64,000 nt of DNA from a virus (taxonomy: Duplodnaviria > Caudoviricetes), in the IMG/VR virus record IMGVR_UViG_3300011116_001227; one strand, 5' to 3'. Below the pieces are notes generated by a model. It was not told the DNA's origin and made no database searches. It saw only the letters and a list, made by a program, of their open reading frames with translations. Below are positions 54,901-62,204 of this stretch, in pieces; the stretch's first letter is position 1, and each line of letters begins with the position of its first letter. The position numbers and the translations under genes were made by a program.

Positions 54901-57122
54901 GCCGATTTGGAAATTTCATCAATAGAACTTTTGCTTTGTGCGCCTTTTCCAAGAAGACCGCCAAGCATTCCTCCTGCTTTTTTAAAAGAACCACCGGCCG
55001 CTGCGCCGGCGATTCCTTGAAGTAATGCCGGTCCGAGCACAACAGCGATAGCACCTGCTATAATACCCTTACCGACCTTTGTGCCAAGAAGACTTTCTTT
55101 TAATTTTTCCCAAATTGCGGTACCGAGCTTTGACAACGCAGGGCCCAATTGATCTTTAATCGTCGCAAATGCGTCCAAGAACGGCTGAAACCACTCTTTC
55201 TTTGCTCCGACGACTGGAAATTTAGGTTTGCTGATCCAGTCAGCGATTTTATTGATAGCTTCAGCAAGTTTTGGAACAATAAAATTGACTAGACCTGAGA
55301 AGATCTTTCCAAACATCTCTCCGAATTTCTTAAATCCATCAAAGATCTTTCTAGATGCGGGTTTTCCAGAGTCAAAGAAATCACCGAAAACTTTCTTGAG
55401 TTCTTCTAAGAGATCCTCAAACTTTCCTTTAAATTCCCCTGTTTTAGGATCAAAGTATTTTCCAAAAACCTTCATGACGTCGCCAGACAATTTCTGGAAT
55501 CTTGCAGGATTGAAGAGATCGCTCAGGCCTCCAAGCATCTGCTTTACGCCCGGAAATGCTTTCACGAACATCGTGCCAAGCCGCGCGCCTGTTTCGCCAG
55601 CAATTCGCATGGATTCTCTCAGGTTCATCATGACGCCCTGGAACTCTGCTGAGCCCTTCACGCCTCTAGAGAATCCTGCCATCAAGTTGCCCATGAAGCC
55701 ACCAGGACCTGCCTTGACGTCGTTGTTGAGTCGCTCAATCTGTATAGCGAGTTGTTTCATTGCGTCTGCTTGAGAGAGCTGCGCATCTTCGGCCCTCTTT
55801 GCAGCGCTTGCAACGTCGTGAAGCTTGTCGCCTTGATCTTGGTTCGCGATCATAGTGTTCATCGCTTCGTCGGTCAAGCCTGCAGTCGTCTGCAGTAATT
55901 TTCGCTCGTGGAAATTGAGCTGAGTCAAATCTTTTCCGGTAGCTGCGAAGCTCTTTCTTAACAACTCAAACTTCTCAGCTGGACTTTGAGCTGCCATCAG
56001 CTCCATCGCATCAATGTTCGTACCGAACTGCTCGTTCAGCTTAGAGGTCGACTCTGCAGCCTTGTCGAACGTGTCGAATTGATCCATCAAGCCCGTGATC
56101 TTGTCGAGAGAAATTCCCAACTTGTTCGCGTACACGACAGACGTCGCAATTTCTTTCGTCGACAAATGGCCGAAATGGGACATGTCCTTCAGCGCTTTAC
56201 CCATGTCCTTAGAGATGACTTTTGCGTCTAATCCGAACTCTTTACCAAGCCTGATAGACTGCTTCGTGACCTCATTGAGCACAGTGCCCATGTCTTTGCC
56301 CATTCGCATGCCAGCAGCAGCGACGGCAGCCATCTGGTCGCCAGTGAGTCCAAGGCCCTTCTGGTATGCGAGGAGAGCGCCGCCGTTCTTTTGAAATTCA
56401 GCGGCATTAGCAGCAAACTGAGGACCCATCTCAGAAGCGAGCTGCGTCATGTACTTGATTCTTTCAGCAGCATTTCCAAATACTCTGAACGCTGAAAGAC
56501 CCGTGTCGTTAAATCCCTTCATGCTCATCGCCGTGGATTTAACAGCAGCTGAAGTGGGTCCTAAAAATCCGAACTCTTTGCGCAAACCCTCCATCGCTTC
56601 AAAGAGCTGATTTGCCATATCTTGGCCCTCAAGAGCCATGTCAGACATTCCCTTCAGCATCCCAAAAGGAATTGCAATAATAGCTTTCGTGACGCTAAAC
56701 GCACCCTTTACAATCGATCCAAAAAAATTAAAAATACCTTTTGATATCGCAAAAAGATTTGTAAATCCTTGCTTCAATCCCTTCAACGCGCCTGTGAGAG
56801 CTCCCACAGCGGGAGCGGTTGACACAGCTGACTTTCCAAAGTCTTTCATCTTTTTTGTCAAATCAGCAGTCGACTGCGTCGTCGATCTTGTCTGCTTGTC
56901 GTGTGCTGCAGATTCGTTTGTTACTCTCTGCCAGTCAGCTGTAGAGAAACACTTGCTAGACATCTCGCAGTATTTTGCGAGTTCCTCTGACATTCCAGAA
57001 ATAGCCTGACGAAGCTGAGTAATTACATTCAGCTGATCTTGAAAAGCCTTGGTAGACTCGGTCACGTCGCGCTTTGACGGTCCTCGCTTTCCTGAGCCCG
57101 TATTATCATTCTCGTCAGCCAT
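51984..57122 (-). CDS. Tail tape measure protein
   Basis: 1712 aa, Ala/Gly-rich helical protein with a hydrophobic middle region, located between assembly chaperones and baseplate genes. Confidence 0.85.
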   Translation of the reverse strand: MADENDNTGSGKRGPSKRDVTESTKAFQDQLNVITQLRQAISGMSEELAKYCEMSSKCFSTADWQRVTNESAAHDKQTRSTTQSTADLTKKMKDFGKSAVSTAPAVGALTGALKGLKQGFTNLFAISKGIFNFFGSIVKGAFSVTKAIIAIPFGMLKGMSDMALEGQDMANQLFEAMEGLRKEFGFLGPTSAAVKSTAMSMKGFNDTGLSAFRVFGNAAERIKYMTQLASEMGPQFAANAAEFQKNGGALLAYQKGLGLTGDQMAAVAAAGMRMGKDMGTVLNEVTKQSIRLGKEFGLDAKVISKDMGKALKDMSHFGHLSTKEIATSVVYANKLGISLDKITGLMDQFDTFDKAAESTSKLNEQFGTNIDAMELMAAQSPAEKFELLRKSFAATGKDLTQLNFHERKLLQTTAGLTDEAMNTMIANQDQGDKLHDVASAAKRAEDAQLSQADAMKQLAIQIERLNNDVKAGPGGFMGNLMAGFSRGVKGSAEFQGVMMNLRESMRIAGETGARLGTMFVKAFPGVKQMLGGLSDLFNPARFQKLSGDVMKVFGKYFDPKTGEFKGKFEDLLEELKKVFGDFFDSGKPASRKIFDGFKKFGEMFGKIFSGLVNFIVPKLAEAINKIADWISKPKFPVVGAKKEWFQPFLDAFATIKDQLGPALSKLGTAIWEKLKESLLGTKVGKGIIAGAIAVVLGPALLQGIAGAAAGGSFKKAGGMLGGLLGKGAQSKSSIDEISKSAGTGLATKAAEATKSPAGFAAGALPSTEDLSKMEAASTSKIDWSSLTKFITGFAAFFYIGIKMFGKALEIVKGVDTADVLKAGIVLIALSKSIEMFMPALAAMEKIKDVGWKTLGITLLAIAGLMTIGLGAFFLSLKIVKGQSSKDLFAAMSVLYGLIPVFIGIGFVVAEVAVVGKLIEKAQDGFIIGMIAVGAVIAAMIVAAAVIGGITRLIGKESMLAGAAVMQAMSQAFAIAGVVIGEAAVIGATILSTGGIGGAAIAVGMGAIVGAVGVMTGAAVSIMAYLESMTGNPDRLKKRAEAFASVMNAVTNLTEKIGGILEKISGFMGFFSSEADNVKMMDSLGNFIQELLNGKDGKGGINGIIKNLIEGMKVLTPDKIETTKAFSGLITSVGTLLGSVGNALSDFMSKSTSLTEDIFGQDASKTTRNMQAGAELIESLMKGASFLVYSITASLKNLKSADVAVMKDAGAAVGSVLSAVAAMMQALVPDPQKFMNERTAEAEALWGMYKAKGVVKEIDKEAIKAVTTHMTSMLDVMTTHLPPLIYMITRAIGASVSNLTPEQVKSLEPMGKILSAVFGLATAIAKPGGQPLAKVETHGMGNVTTTINVNFPTIREVLQSLREELPLLLHTITEVATKMSKIANIDKSIDILTKAIEILPKIVDLSKSIAAVEIPESGAGGKGNDILAPLADLTYVLNGLINPFFGSGGKTIFDAIVDTFNKLSSYEDLPGSISFIGKTFSAFGAVVKTFLTDMKEIVDLEVKDLRDDLPDWNAAIALIIQNSKESLVFFSSLTEATAKIGESLSRAESIDPAKTLTGMQKLNSFWTSKEFQQMSTILAQESIPTLATNFEAINLDQIQNIAKTLKAVEDMVAATQKLDDALATMPKINLQARLTQVAGMAGLGTSGIYTVKSKDVVVQLDLKIVMEADKVEKVIVERSDSLLRRTINDTITDVQSNSKNASITAQKIRPEYG

Positions 57123-57158
57123 CTAAATTCTTTCTTTACTCGCTCAGTATAGCTATTA

Positions 57159-57461
57159 TCAGAGCGGCCACTGAATACCAAATATTCTCTCAAATGTAGA
57201 GGCTGTCATCTCTTTTTCTCTAAGCTTCTTCACGACAGATTCAACAGTCGCTGAAGGATTATCAAGCTCTTCTTTAAACTTCTTTGAAGCCATCAACGCT
57301 TCAGCAATCGTACGAATCTCTTCTCTGCTTCCCTTCAACTTCGTGTTGACATACTTTCCAACTGCCCATGCTCCAATCGAAGCAATTAACAATCTGTTGG
57401 TTAAATTTGAGTGAGATCCACTCACTTTCAGACTGGATTTGAGATTTAATTCGTCAGACAC
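57159..57461 (-). CDS. Hypothetical protein
   Basis: GTG start with AAGGAG SD. Confidence 0.55.
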   Translation of the reverse strand: MSDELNLKSSLKVSGSHSNLTNRLLIASIGAWAVGKYVNTKLKGSREEIRTIAEALMASKKFKEELDNPSATVESVVKKLREKEMTASTFERIFGIQWPL

Positions 57462-57529
57462 TTGTGCTCCTTCTGCAATATCACACTGTAAATAATACGA
57501 TAGAAAAAAAGCAGATCATCAAATGCAGA

Positions 57530-57811
57530 CTAAGTGAACCGCCTCAAGCGAGAAGGCGTCTGAGATCGCATCTTTCCTTGCAGTTGTCTAACGTCTGGTG
57601 TGTTTTGATGGACTGCTCGCGACTGCGTCTCTCCTGATTCGCTTGTCTTGGACAGCTCCTTACCGATTCTCTCTATGAACCAGCGTTTATACGCGACGGG
57701 CATCCGCTGAACTTCTTCCCACAGACACCCGCCGTAATACATTAAAAGAAATGCCGGCTCAAGAACGAGCTGTTCTCTATCTTCGGGCCTGAGGCCAAAG
57801 AAACGTGACAC
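57530..57811 (-). CDS. Tail/baseplate assembly chaperone 2 (T4 gp51-like; possible +1 frameshift extension)
   Basis: FFGL......F.LMYYGG....E...MPV..KRWFI; overlaps the 3' end of the upstream chaperone in the +1 frame. Confidence 0.6.
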   Translation of the reverse strand: MSRFFGLRPEDREQLVLEPAFLLMYYGGCLWEEVQRMPVAYKRWFIERIGKELSKTSESGETQSRAVHQNTPDVRQLQGKMRSQTPSRLRRFT

Positions 57812-58658
57812 CGAGCGGCATACTCACCTCCTCGGAATGACCACAAGCATCGCAAGTCGTATCTTGACGCATGACGATTCCCGGCTCATTGTCCTTAATG
57901 TACTCTCTCAACGCAAGAGAATCTCTCGCTGGCATCAGCTTGATAAAATTAGAAATCTTCGATCTATCAGTAACACCATCAATAGACGCGATCGAATACA
58001 GCAAGCTCGTGGTCACATTCGACTCAGTGCCAAGTGCCATCTTCTTCTGCTTCTCGTTCATCACCATGATCTCTTCTTCGTCTCGACCAGTCATGAACTT
58101 AAAACGAACTCTCTTCTTGCTGTAAGGCAACTCATACTCGAACAAATTTGTGCCATCCTGCACAGGATCAATCTCAAGTCGCTTAATCGGAAGCGATGCT
58201 AAATCAAATGCGTGCGGGGACTTAACGCCACACTCTCCACACTCCATCTCGACATTGTACTCGGGACCATAACCCGTAATACGAATCGAAATCATCAGCG
58301 CGTTTCTGTCACCTGATAAAAGCTGAAGAGGATCAATAGATCGATCAACAAGACAAGACTTAATCAGCTCAGAAATAACAGTACCCTTCTTCAAAAGAGC
58401 ACGCGATGTCAAAATATCTTCTTCCTTCGCAGTCATAGCCTTAATCTCAACGGTCTCTAAACCAAAAAGATTCGACTCAGGATGATACACCTTTCCCATC
58501 GAAGGCAACGGAACAAGCTCTTGCGGAATATCTAAACCGAAATCAGCTTTCGCCTTCTCTGTCGCAGACTGCCTCGGCATTCGAGGATCTACGCCCGGCG
58601 GCAACGGCTGCCCCTGTGTAAAAACTGCATTTTTCTGATCACGATCTTCTGTACTCAT
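57777..58658 (-). CDS. Baseplate hub assembly chaperone (T4 gp26-like)
   Basis: LPS.GK.Y, MTAKEEDIL, RITGYG..Y, CxxC twice, ends FLWP; ATG at 58658 with GGAG SD. Confidence 0.8.
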   Translation of the reverse strand: MSTEDRDQKNAVFTQGQPLPPGVDPRMPRQSATEKAKADFGLDIPQELVPLPSMGKVYHPESNLFGLETVEIKAMTAKEEDILTSRALLKKGTVISELIKSCLVDRSIDPLQLLSGDRNALMISIRITGYGPEYNVEMECGECGVKSPHAFDLASLPIKRLEIDPVQDGTNLFEYELPYSKKRVRFKFMTGRDEEEIMVMNEKQKKMALGTESNVTTSLLYSIASIDGVTDRSKISNFIKLMPARDSLALREYIKDNEPGIVMRQDTTCDACGHSEEVSMPLGVTFLWPQARR

Positions 58659-58915
58659 CTGTTCTCCATTTAAATGAAATCTATTACAGATATTAAGCAC
58701 ACAAACAGCTCGTGTAAACACACAGAAGATACCCAATCAAAACAATTTATAAATTGTCATAAGAAACTTTATCGAATTATAAAACATTAATCTACAAACA
58801 AAGAAAAAAGTCTGCAGAAAGCAGCCTTTCTCCCAAGCCTTTTACAAGACTCAGTTGTCGAAGTACATCGCGGCTTCGGCGGCGTCGATTGAGGTATGGC
58901 CAGCAGCTTTGGACT

Positions 58916-59710
58916 CTAGACTTCGCTACCATGTTCTACATCGTGGCATCCATCGCACAGGACAACCCCAGAAATATTCTTCTCAATATGATAGTTGGTA
59001 ACCCACTCGGCAATTAAATGTTTTTTCTCGAAGGACTCACCTGGTTCTCCTAGCTCCTGAACAGCCTTAAACAGAATACTGGCAAACCGCTCACCGTCGT
59101 GGTGTACCTCTAACTCCTTGGGCGATCCACATTTGCTGCACTTAAACCCACTGGCTTTCAGCTTCGGGTATACCCAGACGCTGTGCAGATGAGAACGAAC
59201 GAGCGGCTGTAGGGCAGAAGTGCCGCCCCGCCATTGAGAATGAGCAGAACCAGTGAGAGGATACAGGTTACAGTCTTTCCATTGCTGAGTCATATATCTA
59301 GAACGATTTTCTTTAAATTCTTTTGTCCCATATGCCTTCTCTGCAATTTTCTCAAATTCAGGATCATTCTCTTTTGTTTTACCGCGATTCCGTGGATCTT
59401 TGCTCCAAAGCCCTTCGTCGTGGCGTTTCTTCAAGCTCTTCGATCGAGCTTCTTCATTGTGTCCCCAATTATTGTGAACGCGCGAGGCATGCCCTCTGAT
59501 GAACTTCATGTAACCCACTTGCAGAGAGTGGAAGCGGGGAATTTGACCACAGCCGCATTCACATGTGGGTTCCTGCCCATTCAAGAATAATTTCTTGTAT
59601 AAATCAATCGAGGATAATCGGTGTCGTTTTTGACAATGAATTCTGAGTGAATTTAAGCTATCAGATTGATACTCTACACACTCAGGGCAGGTAAATGATA
59701 AAAGGTCCAT
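58916..59710 (-). CDS. Free-standing HNH homing endonuclease with C2H2 finger
   Basis: CPEC..HCQKRH, PTCECGCG, NxxWRGG-type motif, CSKCG...LEVHH...LC.GCH. Confidence 0.75.
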   Translation of the reverse strand: MDLLSFTCPECVEYQSDSLNSLRIHCQKRHRLSSIDLYKKLFLNGQEPTCECGCGQIPRFHSLQVGYMKFIRGHASRVHNNWGHNEEARSKSLKKRHDEGLWSKDPRNRGKTKENDPEFEKIAEKAYGTKEFKENRSRYMTQQWKDCNLYPLTGSAHSQWRGGTSALQPLVRSHLHSVWVYPKLKASGFKCSKCGSPKELEVHHDGERFASILFKAVQELGEPGESFEKKHLIAEWVTNYHIEKNISGVVLCDGCHDVEHGSEV

Positions 59711-59779
59711 GGCACATATTGTACCACAGACCTCTTGACTTGTATATTCGATGACTTTATATTTTGTCGAATGTTAATG

Positions 59780-60271
59780 TCAGAATTGTAACACGCAGTT
59801 ATCAAAACGGAGTGTCATAGTGATTTCTGTTGGACCGCCGTCTTCGTAGGTGACGTCGCCGAAGTTAGCTTCTGTGATGAAAGCGCCCTTGATGTCCCAG
59901 AGTTCGACCACAGTTCCGACTGGATCTAGAAGTTTTAGTTGGATGTCGCGCTTGTAGAAGTCTGCATAGCCGCTGCGTCCGCTGACTGACTCAAAGTGAG
60001 TTCGGACCCATTCCATGACCTGTTGTGCGCCGGAAGGTGCGATTGGGTCGTGGAGGGTGACAGCCATTGTGCCGAAGGTTGTCTTGCCCGCGAGGTAGCG
60101 GCGTGAGTTGATGAAGGGGACTTCAACTTCTTCTGTTGTGATTGTGGGTCTAGCAGTTGTCTTGATGATGTAGGCGTCGATGCCTTCAATCATGAGTACC
60201 CATCTATTCTTACGTTTTGGTTCGAATTTCGCGGGTAGCATTGATGATACGTCTAATGTTTCAGCAGCCAT
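59780..60271 (-). CDS. Tail tube protein (T4 gp19-like)
   Basis: EPKRKNRW, RP.I, INS.RY.AGK, WVR...ESVSGR.GY...YK..I.L..LDP.G..VE.W; AGGAG SD. Confidence 0.9.
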   Translation of the reverse strand: MAAETLDVSSMLPAKFEPKRKNRWVLMIEGIDAYIIKTTARPTITTEEVEVPFINSRRYLAGKTTFGTMAVTLHDPIAPSGAQQVMEWVRTHFESVSGRSGYADFYKRDIQLKLLDPVGTVVELWDIKGAFITEANFGDVTYEDGGPTEITMTLRFDNCVLQF

Positions 60272-60305
60272 TGTATTTCTCCTGTGTGATCCTCAGATAA
60301 CGATC

Positions 60306-60313
60306 TTAATTAT
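60306..60313 (-). promoter_or_regulatory. Putative late-promoter motif ATA[ATG]TTA (representative copy before tail tube)
   Basis: Same motif found upstream of at least 11 genes (see findings). Confidence 0.5.
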
Positions 60314-60379
60314 TAGCAAAAAATATTTTTTACTATTAAAGATCAGTCAACTATAATTCAAGCGGAATAGGAAGATTAA

Positions 60380-62035
60380 ATGGGTGCTGTTGAAGGTAAA
60401 AAATTAGAGTCGCATACATGTCCTCTGTGTGGTGAATTGACAACAAAGCGTCTTACGACATTGACGAAGCACTTCTTTGAAGTTCACAACAAAAAAGACG
60501 AAGAAGTGTGGGAGATGGAGAACGGTCCGCGGCCGACGTGCGCGTGTGGGTGTGGAGGACACACGACTTGGCGAGGATGGGGGAAAGGTTATGGGAAAGT
60601 CGTCAATGGGCACAATGCAAGCATCTACGCTGTATATAATCCTGAAGATGCTGCAAAGATATCAGCATTGCGTTCTGCGTCGTTGACAGGTAGAGAAAGT
60701 TGGTCAAAAGGTCACACAAAAGAGAGCGACGAAAGAATTGCTGCAAGAGCGGCTGCGACTTCTGCTGGAAGAAAAGAAGCGTTCAGCGAAGGTCGAATAA
60801 AGACGTGGAACAAAGGATTGACTGCTGAGTCGGATGAAAGAGTGTTGAGAGCGTCAGAAGATCTGAAGAAGAAGTTTTCTGAGGGTGAAATTGTGCCGTG
60901 GGCAAAGGGACTCAGCAAAGACACAGACGAGCGAGTGTCGAAGATGGCTGCGTCAGTCCGTATCGCTGTACAGCACAAGTCGCTTAGAGACAGGTTAGAT
61001 CAGATTAAGCGTCTTTCTATGGACGAAGTGAAGCAAAGGATCGAATCTTCGGGCGATCTGACAGTCGTAGACGGTCTTCAGAACTACATTAGCGATGCTT
61101 CGCGTGTCATCATCGTGAAGTGCAACAGGTGTGGAACACACACTCAGGGTTCTCTTAGAATGCTGGGTAAGGGAAGGTGTTTTCAGTGCGCACCAGGAGG
61201 ATCAGCAGCTCAAGAAGAAGTCGCGAGGTATGTAGAGAGTTTGGGTGTAGAAGTAAAGAGAAACGATAGAAAGACGATGGCGATGGAATTGGACATATAC
61301 GTTCCTCGCGTAGAGTTTGCTATCGAGTATAATGGGTTGTTTTGGCACAGTCACATCAACAAGCCGCCGCAGTATCACGAGAATAAATCGAGACTTGCAA
61401 AAGAGTGTGGTATTAAATTGCTTCATGTCTTTGAAGACGAGTGGCGGGACAAAAAGAACATTGTTAAATCACTCATATCGTCTCGCCTCGGAATATCGTC
61501 TCTGACCTTGGGTGCTAGAAAGTGTAAAGTAAAAATCTTGACAGCTAGCGAAAGAAAATCATTCTTTGAAGAGAATCACTTGGATGGAGATGTTGCGTCA
61601 GAGGTTGCGTGGGGTCTTGTCAGTAACGGAGAAATCGTGTATGCACTTTCTCTTCGGCGACCTTTTCACAAGAAGTACTCGTCTGGTTTGGAGATATCAC
61701 GTTGTTGTCCTCGCCTCGGACATAATGTGCAGGGAGGATTAAGCAAGTTAGTGAAAATTGCTAGAGAATACTGTAAGACGTCAGGAAAGACGTGCTTGAT
61801 GACTTATGTCGATACTCGATTGGGAGGTCAAGGAAGAGGATACGAGATCTCGGGTTTAAAGAGATCAGGGTCCACAGTTGCTCGTTGGTGGTGGACAGAC
61901 ATGGACAACAGGTTTAATCGCTTTAAATTTAAGGCTAATTCTGAAGAAGGAAAGTCAGAAGCTGAAGTCGCTAGCGAGGCGGGTGTTGTCAAGATATGGG
62001 GTTGCGAGAATGTCGTCTACACATTGGACGTGTGA
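60380..62035 (+). CDS. Homing endonuclease (Vsr/PD-(D/E)xK-like) with C2H2 finger, WxKG repeats and C-terminal accessory domain
   Basis: CPLC..HFFEVH, PTCACGCG, three W.KG.T..SDER repeats, ELDIYVP..FAIEYNGLFWH..LLHVFEDEW. Confidence 0.8.
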   Translation: MGAVEGKKLESHTCPLCGELTTKRLTTLTKHFFEVHNKKDEEVWEMENGPRPTCACGCGGHTTWRGWGKGYGKVVNGHNASIYAVYNPEDAAKISALRSASLTGRESWSKGHTKESDERIAARAAATSAGRKEAFSEGRIKTWNKGLTAESDERVLRASEDLKKKFSEGEIVPWAKGLSKDTDERVSKMAASVRIAVQHKSLRDRLDQIKRLSMDEVKQRIESSGDLTVVDGLQNYISDASRVIIVKCNRCGTHTQGSLRMLGKGRCFQCAPGGSAAQEEVARYVESLGVEVKRNDRKTMAMELDIYVPRVEFAIEYNGLFWHSHINKPPQYHENKSRLAKECGIKLLHVFEDEWRDKKNIVKSLISSRLGISSLTLGARKCKVKILTASERKSFFEENHLDGDVASEVAWGLVSNGEIVYALSLRRPFHKKYSSGLEISRCCPRLGHNVQGGLSKLVKIAREYCKTSGKTCLMTYVDTRLGGQGRGYEISGLKRSGSTVARWWWTDMDNRFNRFKFKANSEEGKSEAEVASEAGVVKIWGCENVVYTLDV

Positions 62036-62110
62036 CAAAAATAAAAAAGGTTGAAAACTTCTTATTTCCAACCACTGCGTTCGAAAAATTTCTTTCCTAA
62101 AATAAGATTC

Positions 62111-62141
62111 GGAGTTCATCCATTTTGTTTAGATGAACTCC
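62111..62141. other. Perfect 10-bp hairpin downstream of sheath and convergent endonuclease
   Basis: GGAGTTCATC-N11-GATGAACTCC; no clean U tract. Confidence 0.6.
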
Positions 62142-62204
62142 AAAAATCTCTTCTTTAATCAGGCTGTAATTACAGTTAAGAATTAATCAATTAATATTCT
62201 GTAA

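Noticed and set aside
58742-58757. 16-bp palindrome ACAATTTATAAATTGT
   Set aside because: Single copy and very AT-rich; no second site found to support an operator
44723-60271. Bacterial contractile injection system or tailocin rather than phage
   Set aside because: Adjacent T4-like replication genes, RNR, DnaE, homing endonucleases and phage-like gene density indicate a lytic phage genome
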